Positions 1-11,341 of a DNA stretch of 64,000 bases are shown in pieces. Below the pieces are notes generated by a model. That model saw only the letters and a program-made list of their open reading frames with translations, had not been told where the DNA came from and searched no databases. The DNA lies in the NCBI GenBank assembly GCA_965201075.1, contig CBDAVP010000010.1, positions 1 to 64,000 of the forward strand. Reading direction: 5' to 3'. Both the position numbers and the translations under genes were made by a program. The stretch's first letter is position 1, and each line of letters opens with the position of its first letter. This DNA is from Isosphaeraceae bacterium. Its GTDB lineage: Bacteria > Planctomycetota > Planctomycetia > Isosphaerales > Isosphaeraceae.

Positions 1-55
1 ACGGTTCTCGCTTCCTTGTCGTGCCCAGGATGGCTCGACAGCCGACCTCGCCGGG

Positions 56-2156
56 ATGACCCCGGCCCCCGGAGCGAGTCCGCCCATGCCGAGACCCCAG
101 CGTCCGCGACGTCAGTGCGTCCCCCAAGGCTCGGCGATCGAACGCCTCGAAACGCGTCGGGTCCCGACCGTGACCCTTGGCTCGCCTCAGACGATCGCCA
201 CCGGCCCCCTCGACAATGTCCACGTCGCCGACCTGAACCGCGACGGCCGGGACGACCTGGTCTACGATCAGTTCAGCGGCACCGCCGGAATCTACGCCGC
301 TCTGGCCAACCCCGACGGGACCTTTGGCACGCCCATCAAGGTCGCCCCCTCGGGCAGCTTCGCCCTGGCCGACTTCAACGGCGACGGCAAGCCCGATCTC
401 CTCGTCGCGCCCCCGGGCCAGGGCCTGAGCCTCTATGCCGGGCTGGGAGACGGGACGTTCGTCCAGCCGGCCACCCCGCAGTCCGTCCAGGTCGGATTCT
501 CCATCACCGTCCTGGGCACCGCCGACTTCGACGGCGACGGCCGACTCGATGTCCTCACCGAGTCCGTCACCTCCCCCCCCGCCACCACCTCGACGACGTA
601 CACCGCCTCGGTCAGCCTATCCCACGGCGACGGCACCTTCACCAACGTCCCGGTGCCCAACTTCGTCTTCGGCGCCAAAAACACGGTCCTGGCCGACTTC
701 AACGGCGACGGCAAGGCCGACATCGCTCAGGCTTACGACGATGACACCTCCTCCGGCGTACCCCTGCCCTTGCCCGGTAACTCCACGACCCTGGGCCCCC
801 TGGACTACGGCTCAATCCAGTACGCCTGGGGGCGGCGGGGCGTTCACCGACCCGGTCCCGACGTTCCCGAGCAACCCCTCCGCCACGGTCGAACCCGGCC
901 TCGCCGCCGATTTCAACGGCGACGGCCACCTCGACCTGATGACCCTGGCCCGGGCCCGGGGGGCCGGCTCGCAAGCCGTTCCGATCCTGGTCGGCCCGGG
1001 GGGCGTCAGCCTCAACGTCGGCGACGGCACCTTCCGCGCCCCGCTGCCGCTGACGCCCCTCGAACCTTCGCAACTCCCGTTCGTCGGCACGGGCTTCGAC
1101 CACGCCGTCGCGGCCGACTTCGACGGCGACGGCAGGCCCGACCTGATCGCCTCCGGAGGGCGCCTCCTCGGCCTACATCCGCAACTCTACTTCCTCAAGG
1201 GCAACGGCGACGGGACATTCGCCAAACCGGCCTTGATCGCCAACGAGCCCGATCCGGTCGGAGTCGGCACCCTGATCGAAGGCGACTTCAACGGCGACGG
1301 CAAGCCCGACCTCGTCTCCCTCAGCATGCCCTATTACGTCACCTTCGACGACTCGGCCACCATCACCCCCCTGTTCCTCGACGTCCGCCTGAACATAACC
1401 CCGCCAATCTCCGGAGCCCTCGACCCCGACAGTGACACCGGGATTTCGTCCCAAGACAACGTCACCGCCGACACCACTCCCACCTTCAACGGCCAGGCCA
1501 CCCCCGGCGCTACCGTCATCCTCTTTGCCCAACTCCAGGGCTCGCCGGGCTTCCTTCGCGTGGGGTCGACCACCGTCGGCGCCGACGGCTCGTGGAGCAT
1601 CACCACAACCCCCCTGGCCGACGGCACCTACACCGTCACCGCCACTCAGACGAGACCCATCGACGACATCGTGAAGGTGGTCCTGGCCTCGGGCGACAAC
1701 GCCCTGGTCATCGACACGACTCCGCCAGTCGTCAACGCCGCCAGCCTCGACCCCGCCTCGGGCTCCGTCCGCGTCACCTTGAGGGCGGGGGTCGCGGGCT
1801 TCCAAACCTCGACCCTACTCGACCCCTCGGCCTTCGTCCTGACCAACGCCCGCGGCCGGGTCTTCCCGGTCGCCGCCGTCACCGTTTCCCCTGGCGTTCC
1901 AATCGCCGGCACCGTGCAGCTCTCGGCCCGAGTCGCCGCTGGACGCCTCGCGCCGGGCCTGTACACCCTCAGGCTCCGCGCCTCGGCCATCCAGGACCGC
2001 GCCGGCAACGCACTCGACGGCGAGTTCACCCGTTTCCTCCACCATGGCGACGGCCACCCCGGCGGCGACTTCGTGGCCCGCTTCATCGCCTTCCGGCGCT
2101 TCGCCACGCCTCCCATTCCCCTGCCCCTGCCCCGGTTCATTCGGGTCCGTCGTTGA
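56..2156 (+). pseudogene. Secreted FG-GAP/VCBS-repeat protein with Ig-like (Big) domain, split by a frameshift near 826-835 (real or sequencing error)
   Basis: ORF 56..1435 gives leader IERLETRRVPT and DFNGDGKPD repeats up to ~825. ORF 435..2156 continues the same repeats (GGGAFTDP...DFNGDGHLD), then DSDTG..DNVT..TPTFNG (Ig-like) and DRAGNALDGEF. Confidence 0.75.
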
Positions 2157-2169
2157 GAGGCGAGGACGC

Positions 2170-2194
2170 GGGCGAGGGCGATCCACCCTCGCCC
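2170..2194 (+). terminator. GC-rich hairpin after the FG-GAP gene
   Basis: GGGCGAGGG / CCCTCGCCC inverted repeat just after the stop; no U-tract. Confidence 0.35.
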
Positions 2195-2550
2195 TCGCCC
2201 TCATTCGCCGAGAACGTGTCGGGCCGATCCACCAGCGACAGCCCCGCCTTCGACAGTCGGCTGAGGATGATCGGCCAGTGACGGTCCAGGCTATGAGCAT
2301 CCATCGTGTGCGTGCAAAGGATCGACTCCCGATCCTCCCGCCCCACGACCTTCACGCCCCCCGGAGCCCGTTCCAGCGCCCGCCTCACCGTGTTGACCGT
2401 GGCCGCCTTGACGTAAAAGCGATTCCTCAAGGTTCCCCCTTTCCCGCATCCCTCGGCCCGAACTACCCCGCGTCTCCCCACCATGCTAGGCTCGACGCCG
2501 TGGACGCGCGAAGTCCCGGACACCCTCCGTCGCCCCCGAGTTCGCCCACG

Positions 2551-2856
2551 ATGCTCGACCCTCCCACCAATATTCGAGCCCTCCAGAAAACGCAGGTTCT
2601 GGAACTGACCTGGCCCGACGGTCGAATCGACCGCCCCGGTTACCTCCACCTGCGGGCCAACTGCCCCTGCGCCACCTGCATCGACGAGTGGACCGGAGCC
2701 CGCATCCTCGACCCGGCCTCGCTACGTCCCGACCTCTCGCTGGAAGGATTGGAGCCGGTCGGCACCTACGCCGTCCGTCTCTCCTGGAACGACGGCCACG
2801 CCTCGGGCCTCTACACCTGGGAAGCCCTCCGTCGCCTGGCCGAATCACCGGGTTAG
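2551..2856 (+). CDS. DUF971 / GBBH-like N-terminal domain protein
   Basis: LELTWPDG...LRANCPCATC...VGTYAVRLSWNDGHASGLYTWEALR motif set; ATG at 2551. Confidence 0.85.
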   Translation: MLDPPTNIRALQKTQVLELTWPDGRIDRPGYLHLRANCPCATCIDEWTGARILDPASLRPDLSLEGLEPVGTYAVRLSWNDGHASGLYTWEALRRLAESPG

Positions 2857-2860
2857 GCTT

Positions 2861-3808
2861 TCAACGAAACCCGCCCCCGCCCCCGCCCATGCCCACGGCC
2901 CCTCCCATGCCCACGCCCATTGATCGACTCATCCCTCGGAAGATGGGAGCCGGGACCGGTTCGAACAGTGAGGCCCGTCCCGGCGAGGTGACCACCAACA
3001 GCCCGTCCTCCTGAACCCGATAGGTCAGGCCCACCTGATCCAGCATCAGGGCCAGCGTCGTGCTCAGGGGGAGGTTGGCAACATCCAGGACGACTGCCGC
3101 GTCTTCAGTCTTTTCCGCCTTCTCCAGGCCCCGCGGGTCCAGGTAGATCGGCAGAACCGGCGACGGCTGGTCGGCGGCCAGGCCGGGCTCTTGGGAATGC
3201 TCGCGGACGAACGCCAGCACGGCTTTCAAAGGCGTTTCCTCGGAGAACGCCACTCCCTCGGCCCTCGACAGCCGCAGCCACGTCCGAGCCTGAGCCTCGG
3301 TCATGAACTCCCCCCCAACGACGAACTCGCCGGGACGGACCAACATCGGCGTCGGCTCCAGGACCACCACCCCGTCCTTGTCCACCGAGTAACCCATCCC
3401 TGACTGGTCGGCGACCAGCCCCAGGCCCGCGAACAGTGGCTGGCCCTTCAACGACAACTTCACCATTCGCTCGGCGGAGCCCCCCTGCGAGGGATCCATC
3501 CCTCCACGACCGGGCCGTCCCGCCGCCACGTAAAACGCCACCCCATCGGGCAGCCCGGGCCCCTTGGTCAGCTCCTGCACCCGCTTCAAGGCGTCACCGA
3601 GCGAGGTCTCCTCCGCGAACTCCAGATCCACAACCCGATGAAGCGCCAGCCAGGTCCGCGCCACCGCCGGCGGCACCACCTTCGGGAACACCCCCTCATT
3701 CGCCGCGGCCGCGAGCCCCTGGGCTTGGGAAGTGGCGGGGATCGCCAGCAACAGCGAAACCAAACCCAGACGCAGGACCGGGACCGACCGCCAGCTAGTC
3801 GCGAGCAT
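2861..3808 (-). CDS. Secreted protein with two STN-like repeat domains
   Basis: Signal peptide; duplicated ARTWL..F.EET.L...L unit; LSTTLALMLDQVGLTYRVQEDGLLVVT; Gly/Met-rich tail. Confidence 0.65.
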   Translation of the reverse strand: MLATSWRSVPVLRLGLVSLLLAIPATSQAQGLAAAANEGVFPKVVPPAVARTWLALHRVVDLEFAEETSLGDALKRVQELTKGPGLPDGVAFYVAAGRPGRGGMDPSQGGSAERMVKLSLKGQPLFAGLGLVADQSGMGYSVDKDGVVVLEPTPMLVRPGEFVVGGEFMTEAQARTWLRLSRAEGVAFSEETPLKAVLAFVREHSQEPGLAADQPSPVLPIYLDPRGLEKAEKTEDAAVVLDVANLPLSTTLALMLDQVGLTYRVQEDGLLVVTSPGRASLFEPVPAPIFRGMSRSMGVGMGGAVGMGGGGGGFR

Positions 3809-3962
3809 CGCCAGACCTCCCAGGCGCGGACCTCGAAGTGGGGAAACGCCGTGAGCTTTCCACCCCCGAGCCTATCCCGGACCACACCCCACCGCCATCC
3901 CCCCGGCGACATCCGCGTCGACCATCGTTATCGTCGAACCCAGTCCCGGGGATTCGATCCGC

Positions 3963-4928
3963 ATGCCGCCCTCGCTGACCGTCGCCTTGCCCACCTACAA
4001 CGGGGCCGCCCACCTGGCCGAAGCCCTGCGAGGGATTCTCTCGCAAGACGGTCCCCCGTTCGACCTCCTGGTCTGCGACGATCGCTCCGACGACGACACC
4101 CCGGCCATCGTCGCTCGCGAAGCCGCCGATCGAGCCCGACTCATCATCAACCCCGAGCGCCTGGGCCTCGCCGGAAACTGGAACCGCTGCGTTTCGCTGG
4201 CCCACACACCCCAGATCGCCCTCTTCCACCAGGACGACCTCATGCGTCCTGGTCACCTCAGCGCCCACCACGCCGCCTTCGCCCGCAATCCCGACCTCGG
4301 CTTCGTCTGCGGAGCGGCCGACGTGATCGACGACCAGGGCCGCCCGGTCCCCGAATCGGTCGTCGGCCACGACCTCCTCGGCCCCAACGATCGCGCCTTC
4401 CCCCCCGGAGCCTTCCTCAACGAACTGGCCGCGCGCAACCCGGTCCGCTGCTCGACGGTGACGCTCACCAAACCGGCCCTGGAAGAGGCGGGCGGATTCG
4501 ACCCCGCTTACCGATACGCCGTCGACTGGGACGCCTGGATCCGCATCGCCCGCCGCCACCCGATCACCTGGCTCGCGGCCCCAACCGTGGCGATCCGCTG
4601 GCACCCCGCCAGCGAAACCCACCGATTCAAGGCCGGTTCCGCCGACCTCGAAGAGATCGCCCAACTCCAGGCCCAGCTCTTCGCCGACGATCCTCCGCTC
4701 CGGCCGAAGTCTCAACCCGAAGCCAACCGAAGACTCGCCCGAGCCTATCTGAATCGAGCCTTCGACGCCGCCAAGGGCGGAAACCCCCGTCTGGCAAGGC
4801 ACTGCCTGGCCAGGGCCATGACGCTCAGCCCGAAACTCCTGGCGACCCTCGCCACCAACCCCAGGCTCGCGGCCCGGCTGGCGGTCGGGACGATCCTCAA
4901 CCAAACAGCGAGGCCACCGGGCAGGTGA
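3963..4928 (+). CDS. Glycosyltransferase family 2
   Basis: LTVALPTYNG, VCDDRSDD, GLAGNWNRC, FHQDD, AVDWDAW. Confidence 0.9.
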   Translation: MPPSLTVALPTYNGAAHLAEALRGILSQDGPPFDLLVCDDRSDDDTPAIVAREAADRARLIINPERLGLAGNWNRCVSLAHTPQIALFHQDDLMRPGHLSAHHAAFARNPDLGFVCGAADVIDDQGRPVPESVVGHDLLGPNDRAFPPGAFLNELAARNPVRCSTVTLTKPALEEAGGFDPAYRYAVDWDAWIRIARRHPITWLAAPTVAIRWHPASETHRFKAGSADLEEIAQLQAQLFADDPPLRPKSQPEANRRLARAYLNRAFDAAKGGNPRLARHCLARAMTLSPKLLATLATNPRLAARLAVGTILNQTARPPGR

Positions 4929-5451
4929 ACCCAGGCAGCACATCTCCACCGTCGATCATGTCGCCAACGTAGAGGAATCGCGCCGTTCCATCGCCGCGAA
5001 TCACCTGCACCGAGGGCCCGTCCGGGTCGATGACCAAAATCATCGGGACGCCCGCATTCAGGAAGTCGCGAATCTTGCGAGCCACCTTCGAGGCCGAGTC
5101 ATTGGGCGAGATCACCTCGGCCACCAGATCCGGCACGATCCGGGCATGTCCCCTGGCGGCCCGGCCCCCAGCCATCCGCTCCCGACGAGTAAAGGAGACG
5201 TCGGGGATGCGGACCTTGTTCGGGTCATCGGGAAAGATCTGGAAACTCCCCTGAGCCCCATTCACAATCCCCGGCAAAATCGTCTGAGCGTAAATCCCCA
5301 GAAAGGCGATCAACCGACATCCCACCGCGTCCGACTCCTGACCCATCGGCATTCGCTCCAAAATCTCCCCGTCGACCAACTCGGGCATCGGCCGATCGGT
5401 GATCTCCAGCAACTCCTCGGGAGTGTGGCGAGGCGGGGCGACAGTGGCCAT
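4897..5451 (-). CDS. Uma2 family (DUF820) putative endonuclease, copy 1
   Basis: ELVDGEI, RIPDVSF, PDLVAEVISP, VLPGFTCPVASLF. Confidence 0.9.
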   Translation of the reverse strand: MATVAPPRHTPEELLEITDRPMPELVDGEILERMPMGQESDAVGCRLIAFLGIYAQTILPGIVNGAQGSFQIFPDDPNKVRIPDVSFTRRERMAGGRAARGHARIVPDLVAEVISPNDSASKVARKIRDFLNAGVPMILVIDPDGPSVQVIRGDGTARFLYVGDMIDGGDVLPGFTCPVASLFG

Positions 5452-5533
5452 GTGTGAGAACTCTCCAGACTGTCAAACTTGAAGAAGTCCACCGATCCCT
5501 GAGTGAACCCAAATCCCTGGACCAGCACGCGAT

Positions 5534-6088
5534 TCAACCGAACAGCGAGGCCACCGGGCAGGTGAACCCGGGCAAAACCTCGCCCCCGTCGATCGTATCG
5601 CCGACGTAGAGGAATCGTGCGGTCTTATCGCCGCGGATGACCTGGACCGACTGAACGTCCGGGTCGATGACCAGGATCATCGGAATCCCAGCATTCGCAT
5701 AGTCCTGGACCTTGCCGAAGACGGTCGAGGCCGAGTCGTGGGGCGAGATCACCTCGGCAACCAGGTCCGGGACGACTCGGCAGTGCCCCCTGGCGATCCG
5801 TCCCCCGGGAATGCGCTCCTGGCGGGTAAACGACACGTCGGGGATGCGGACCTTGTTCGGGTCATCGGGAAAGATCTGAAATCCTCCCCCCGCCCCACTG
5901 ACCACCCCCGGCAACACCGTTTGACCATAAATGCCAAGGAAGAAGATCAACCGGGCCCCCACCACGTCCGACTCGAACCCCATCGGCATTCGCTCCAAAA
6001 TTTCCCCATCGACCAACTCGGGCATCGGCCGATCGGTGATCTCCAGCAGCTCCTCGGGAGTGTGGCGAGGCGGGGCGACGGTTGACAT
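5534..6088 (-). CDS. Uma2 family (DUF820) putative endonuclease, copy 2
   Basis: Same motifs and same 184-aa length as copy 1; ATG at 6088. Confidence 0.9.
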   Translation of the reverse strand: MSTVAPPRHTPEELLEITDRPMPELVDGEILERMPMGFESDVVGARLIFFLGIYGQTVLPGVVSGAGGGFQIFPDDPNKVRIPDVSFTRQERIPGGRIARGHCRVVPDLVAEVISPHDSASTVFGKVQDYANAGIPMILVIDPDVQSVQVIRGDKTARFLYVGDTIDGGEVLPGFTCPVASLFG

Positions 6089-6173
6089 GCCCAGGGACTC
6101 CTCTTGTCTCGGGTCGTAAGATACCGCGATAATACCCGTTTCGGCCCGATTCGTCGCCCCCGGCACCCCACCC

Positions 6174-8249
6174 ATGAGCCTCACCCCCACCGCCGCCCCT
6201 CCCTGCTCGACGCGACGGTCCGGGAACCCCGCCGAGGCCGCGACCGAGGCCAACGTCGCCCCCACCCAACTGCCTGCGCTCCCCCTGGTCACCATCCCCC
6301 GCCCGCACCTGCCCGCCTCCCGGGCCGAGATGGACCGACGAGGCTGGGACGCCGTCGACGTCGTCTTCGTCACCGGCGACGCCTACGTCGACCACCCCGC
6401 CTTCGCGATGGGCATCCTCGGGCGGGTGCTTGAGGCCGCCGGCTTCCGCGTGGCCATCCTCAGCCAGCCCGACTGGAAAACCGCCGACCCCTGGCGACAG
6501 TTCGGCCGCCCCCGCCTGTTCTTCGCCATCAGCGCGGGGAACATGGACAGCATGATCAACCACTACACCGCCAACAAAAAGGTCCGCAACGACGACGCCT
6601 ACAGCCCCGGCGGACGCATCGGCCTGAGACCCGACCGAGCCACCCTCCCCTACTGCCAGCGGGCCCGAGAAGCCTTCCCCGGCGTCCCGGTCATCGCCGG
6701 AGGCGTCGAGGCCAGCCTCCGCCGCCTGGCCCACTACGACTACTGGAGCGACACCGTCCGCCGCTCGATCCTCCTCGACAGCAAGGCCGACCTCGTCGCC
6801 TTCGGCATGGGCGAACAACCCATCATCGAGATCGCCCACCGCCTCGCCCATGGAGAAACCGTCAAGGATCTCCGCGACATGCGTGGCGTCGCCTACGCCC
6901 TCGGAGCCCGCGAAACGGTCCCGCCCGACGCCCTGCTGCTCCCCTCCTTCGAGGAGATCAAAACCGACCGCTTCGCCTTCGCCAAGGCCACCAAGACCAT
7001 CCACCAGGAAACCAACCCCCTCAACGCCCGCCGCCTGGCCCAGTTCCACGACCGCCAGGCGATCGTCTGCAACCCGCCCCCCCTGCCGATCAGCCAGGAG
7101 GACATGGACCGCATCTACGGCCTCCCCTACACCCGAAAGCCCCACCCGATGTACCGGGGCGAGGCCATCCCCGCCTTCGAGACCGTCAAGGATTCGGTCA
7201 CGATCATGAGAGGCTGTTTCGGAGGCTGCACCTTCTGCTCAATCACCGCCCACCAGGGACGCATCATCCAGTCCCGATCCAAGGAATCGGTCCTGACCGA
7301 GTTGCGAGCGATGGGCCAGGACCCCAAATTCTCCGGGATCGTCTCCGACATCGGCGGCCCCACGGCCAACATGTACCAGATGCGCTGCACCCGCCCCGAG
7401 GTCGAGGCCAAGTGCAAGCGCCTCTCCTGCGTCCACCCCAAGGTCTGCAAGCTCCTGGGAACCGACCACGGCCCATTAATTGAACTGATGAAGGAAGGCC
7501 GGCAGGTCGAAGGCGTCCGCAAGCTGCACGTCGCCTCCGGGGTGAGGATGGACCTGGCCCAAAAATCCCCCGAATACCTGGAAGAACTCGCCGCCCACCA
7601 CGTCGGAGGCCACCTCAAGGTCGCCCCCGAGCACACCGACCCCGACGTCCTGAAACGGATGAAAAAGCCCGAGATCAACGACTACCAGGGCTTCGACGAC
7701 GCCTTCAAGGCCGCCAGCCAGAGGGCGGGCAAGGCCCAGTACACGGTCCCCTACTTCATCGCCTCGCACCCGGGTAGCGACCTCGACGCGATGATCGGCC
7801 TAGCGCTGTTCCTGAAGCGCAACGGCTACCGACCCGACCAGGTCCAAGACTTCATCCCCGCCCCCTTCGACATCGCCACCTGCATGTACCACACCGGCCT
7901 CGACCCCTTCACGGGAGAAGAGGTCTACACCGCCAAGCACCTCCGCGACCGCCGCCTCCAACGCGCCCTCCTCCAGTTCTTCAAGCCCGAAAACTACTTC
8001 GAGGTCCGAGAAGCCCTCCTCAAGGCCGGGCGACAAGACCTGATCGGCTCCGGCTGCGACTGCCTCATCCCCGCCAACCCACCAAGAGTCGCCCAGCAAG
8101 CCCGGATGGCCAAAGCCAACCGATCGGTCACCGAAGGCCGTTACGTTCACCAGATCGACGGAGATGACGCGCCCAGTCCAATCAACACGGGCTATCGTCC
8201 CGGTCGCAAGTCGGCGCAAGGGCGACCGACACGGAAACCGGTGCGATAA
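6174..8249 (+). CDS. ygiQ: YgiQ family (UPF0313) radical SAM protein
   Basis: [30 protein letters not shown] (CxxxCxxC), QVQDFIPAP; exact start uncertain. Confidence 0.9.
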   Translation: MSLTPTAAPPCSTRRSGNPAEAATEANVAPTQLPALPLVTIPRPHLPASRAEMDRRGWDAVDVVFVTGDAYVDHPAFAMGILGRVLEAAGFRVAILSQPDWKTADPWRQFGRPRLFFAISAGNMDSMINHYTANKKVRNDDAYSPGGRIGLRPDRATLPYCQRAREAFPGVPVIAGGVEASLRRLAHYDYWSDTVRRSILLDSKADLVAFGMGEQPIIEIAHRLAHGETVKDLRDMRGVAYALGARETVPPDALLLPSFEEIKTDRFAFAKATKTIHQETNPLNARRLAQFHDRQAIVCNPPPLPISQEDMDRIYGLPYTRKPHPMYRGEAIPAFETVKDSVTIMRGCFGGCTFCSITAHQGRIIQSRSKESVLTELRAMGQDPKFSGIVSDIGGPTANMYQMRCTRPEVEAKCKRLSCVHPKVCKLLGTDHGPLIELMKEGRQVEGVRKLHVASGVRMDLAQKSPEYLEELAAHHVGGHLKVAPEHTDPDVLKRMKKPEINDYQGFDDAFKAASQRAGKAQYTVPYFIASHPGSDLDAMIGLALFLKRNGYRPDQVQDFIPAPFDIATCMYHTGLDPFTGEEVYTAKHLRDRRLQRALLQFFKPENYFEVREALLKAGRQDLIGSGCDCLIPANPPRVAQQARMAKANRSVTEGRYVHQIDGDDAPSPINTGYRPGRKSAQGRPTRKPVR

Positions 8250-8342
8250 CCCCGCGATCGTTGGGAAGTCGGCTAGGGACACGCCGAACGAGCTTGTCCG
8301 AGACAAGTAGAACGTCTCCAGCTCATTCCCGGTCGGGCGACG

Positions 8343-9239
8343 TCAAACCGCGGACCAGTTCATGTGGTCAAGATCCTCGATCATCCCGACCGTTTGCGTC
8401 GGGTGCCATCCCAACCGCTCTTGCGTGAGCGTGCTCGACGCCGGCATGTCCATTCCGGCGAACATCCCCAGCCAGCCGAAATATCCGGCGGCCTCCTCGG
8501 GGGACATCGAAACCGCCGGGATCTTCAGCCCCCGCCCGATCGCCTCGGCGATCGCCCTGGCCGTCACGCCCTCCTCGGCGACCGCGTGATACCTCGCTCC
8601 GGCCACTCCCTTCTCAATCGCCAGCCGGTAGACGGGCGCGGCGTCGAGCAGGTGGACCGCGGGCCAGCGGTTGAGCCCGTCGCCCACGTAACCCGAAACG
8701 CCCTTCTGGCGGGCGACCTCGATCACAGGGGTGACAAGGCCTTGCTTCACGGTGTTATGCACCTGCGGCAGGCGGACCACCGACACGCGAATCCCCCTCC
8801 CCGCGACCGCCTCCGCCGCGAACTCCGAGGCGACCCGAGGGTTCGGGTGATTGGGATCGAAGTGGTCTTCGGTCGACGGCTGACCCGGCACCTTGGTCCC
8901 CATCCCCGTACCGGAAGTGATCACCAAGGGACGGTCCGAGCCGGTAAGCGCGTCGCCGAGTGCCTCAATGACCCGCCGGTCCCACTCGCAGTTCTCCACG
9001 AATTTCGAGAAGTCGTGGTTGAAGGCCGTGTGGATTACCCCGTCCGATGCCGCCGCCCCACTCCGCAAACTGTCCAGATCCTCAAGATCCCCCCGGTGCG
9101 CCACGGCCCCGGCGGCCAAGAGTGCCGCGGCCCCTTTGTCCGAACGGGTGAGGCCCAGCACCGTGTGCCCCGCCTTGATGAGATCCTGAACCACGGCCGA
9201 GCCCACAAAACCGGTGGCACCAGTGACGAAGACACGCAT
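8343..9239 (-). CDS. SDR family / NAD-dependent epimerase-dehydratase oxidoreductase
   Basis: MRVFVTGATGFVGSAV Rossmann motif, VIHTAFNHDF, NRWPAVHLLDAA. Confidence 0.9.
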   Translation of the reverse strand: MRVFVTGATGFVGSAVVQDLIKAGHTVLGLTRSDKGAAALLAAGAVAHRGDLEDLDSLRSGAAASDGVIHTAFNHDFSKFVENCEWDRRVIEALGDALTGSDRPLVITSGTGMGTKVPGQPSTEDHFDPNHPNPRVASEFAAEAVAGRGIRVSVVRLPQVHNTVKQGLVTPVIEVARQKGVSGYVGDGLNRWPAVHLLDAAPVYRLAIEKGVAGARYHAVAEEGVTARAIAEAIGRGLKIPAVSMSPEEAAGYFGWLGMFAGMDMPASSTLTQERLGWHPTQTVGMIEDLDHMNWSAV

Positions 9240-9363
9240 CGGCAAGACTCCCCGAGTTCGACCAGGCCGAAAGTCGGCCCAATGGTTCACAGGGTAGGCG
9301 CTCGACCTGATACGATCTATATTTGGAAGTCCAAAGTTTCTTCGAGATCGTCCAGGAGTGCTC

Positions 9364-10290
9364 ATGGACCCCCTCTCCGACGTGCTGTCGCTTTTGAAAT
9401 CGCGCAACACCATGTGTGGCGGCTTCGACGTGGGCGGAGACTGGTCGCTCCAGTTCCCCGAGCATGACGGCATCAAGTGCTACGCGGTGGTCTCTGGCCA
9501 GTGCTGGCTGGCCGTGGAAGGCGTACCCGAGGCAGTGCTCCTGAAGGCGGGAGATTGCTTCCTCCTACCGCTGGGACGGCCGTTCCGCCTGGCCAGCGAC
9601 CTCGCCTTGACGCCCGTCGACTTCCGCTCGATGTACACCAATCCGCTCAACGGCGGTATCGCCACCTGGAATGGCGGAGGCGACGTCTCGGGGGTTGGCG
9701 GCTTCTTCGGTCTTGAGGGCAACCACGCCGGCATCCTCCTTGGAATGCTCCCGCCCATCGTCCACATCAAAAAAGAGTCCGACAAACTGGCGCTCCGATG
9801 GTCCATCGAACGCATGATGGCGGAACTCCGCGAGCCCCGGCCGGGAAGCTTCCTGGTCCTGCGGAACCTTGCCCACATGATGCTGGTCCAGGCCCTGCGC
9901 ACGCACCTGACCGAAGGGTTGAGAGGAGGTGTCGGCTGGCTCTTCGCCCTGGCCGACGAGCAGATTGGCCCGGCGATCAACGCCATGCACAGCGATCCCG
10001 CCTATCCCTGGACACTCCAGGAACTGGCCGATCGTCTCGGGATGTCGAGGTCGGGCTTCGCCGCCAAATTCAAGGAGACGGTCGGCTCAACGCCAATCGT
10101 TTACCTGACGCGCTGGCGGATGCTCCTGGCCGGAGAACGGCTAAAGAACTCCCGCGACTCCATCTCGGCGATTTCCCAGTCCCTCGGCTATGTGTCCGAG
10201 AGTGCCTTCAGCACCGCCTTCAAGAGGGTGGTGGGCTGCTCCCCGAGACAGTACAGCCGCGGCCGAGACCTGGTCGCGGCATCGCATTAA
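9364..10290 (+). CDS. AraC family transcriptional regulator (cupin + HTH), divergent from the SDR gene
   Basis: MDPLSDVLSLL start, PWTLQELA..GMSRSGFA..F, LGYVSESAFSTAFKR. Confidence 0.92.
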   Translation: MDPLSDVLSLLKSRNTMCGGFDVGGDWSLQFPEHDGIKCYAVVSGQCWLAVEGVPEAVLLKAGDCFLLPLGRPFRLASDLALTPVDFRSMYTNPLNGGIATWNGGGDVSGVGGFFGLEGNHAGILLGMLPPIVHIKKESDKLALRWSIERMMAELREPRPGSFLVLRNLAHMMLVQALRTHLTEGLRGGVGWLFALADEQIGPAINAMHSDPAYPWTLQELADRLGMSRSGFAAKFKETVGSTPIVYLTRWRMLLAGERLKNSRDSISAISQSLGYVSESAFSTAFKRVVGCSPRQYSRGRDLVAASH

Positions 10291-10491
10291 CCCCAGCTCG
10301 ATCGGAAGACATTTCTTATATCTTTGGTGAAAGGATACTTGGAAAATATTGTAATACCCATAAACTTGTAAGAGGGAGATTGGAGTTTTGGAAGGGGGGA
10401 TTGGGGTTTGAAGTTTCTGTTCCTCGTGGCGCCATCTCGGGATAGACTGGGTCTTCAGGCGGATGGCCGATGCTCCCGCGAAGGAACTCGA

Positions 10492-11253
10492 ATGCCGCTG
10501 CTGGACCACTTCAACCCACCCCTAAACCGATCCCACCCTTGGCGTGGTTTCCATGGCGCCTGGGCCGCGGCCATGGCTCGGCTGCTCAACCAGGATGTCT
10601 TGCCGGCGGGCTACTACGCCGTCCCTCTTGTAGACCGCGACGGTCCCATCGAGATCGACGTGGCCACGCTGCGAGATCAGGAGGCCCCCGGGCCCTCGTC
10701 GGTCGGGGGCGGACCCCAGACGTGGACGGCTCCGGCCCCCGCCTTCGCCGTCTCGGTCGACCTGACCGCCGTCGATGGGGTCGAGGTCCAGGTCTTTGCC
10801 GATGACGGAGACCCGCGCCTCGCCGCCGCCGTCGAATTACTCAGCCCTCGAAACAAGGACCGCCCCGCGGCCCGGCGGGCGTTCGCGGTCAAGTGTGTCG
10901 GCTACCTGCAACTGGGCAGCGGCGTCGTGGTCGTCGACACCGTCACCACGCGACGAGCGGACCTCAACGGCACCATCCTTTCCCTCCTCGGGGTCGATCT
11001 CAACGCGGCAGTGCTGCCGCTGCCCAGCCTCTCGGCCGTCTCCTACCGGGCCGTGGGAAGTGAAGAAGAGTCGCGGCAACTTGAAGTATGGCCGACCCCC
11101 CTGGCCCTGGGCCTGGCACTCCCGACCCTCCCCTTATGGATCACCCCCGACTTCTCCGTACCCCTTGACCTGGAAGCCAGCTATCAGATGACCTGCGTGG
11201 ACCTTCGCATCTCTGGAGGCCCGAGTCGTCAACGTCCGGCCGCGGAACTCTAG
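10492..11253 (+). CDS. DUF4058-like planctomycete protein (PD-(D/E)XK-like)
   Basis: MPLLDHF..P, WRGFHGAW, AAVELLSPRNKDRP, LPTLPLWI, PLDLEASY. Confidence 0.75.
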   Translation: MPLLDHFNPPLNRSHPWRGFHGAWAAAMARLLNQDVLPAGYYAVPLVDRDGPIEIDVATLRDQEAPGPSSVGGGPQTWTAPAPAFAVSVDLTAVDGVEVQVFADDGDPRLAAAVELLSPRNKDRPAARRAFAVKCVGYLQLGSGVVVVDTVTTRRADLNGTILSLLGVDLNAAVLPLPSLSAVSYRAVGSEEESRQLEVWPTPLALGLALPTLPLWITPDFSVPLDLEASYQMTCVDLRISGGPSRQRPAAEL

Positions 11254-11341
11254 CAATCCGGCGGAAGAGAGTCCCTCACTCAGAACGCCGACCTCGCCGG
11301 CCTCCTCGGCCTCTTCGGCGAACAACTCGCCGGAACCACCC

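Noticed and set aside
4897..6088. Diversity-generating retroelement template/variable repeat pair
   Set aside because: Both copies are full ORFs, the differences did not look adenine-specific by eye, and there is no reverse transcriptase in the window
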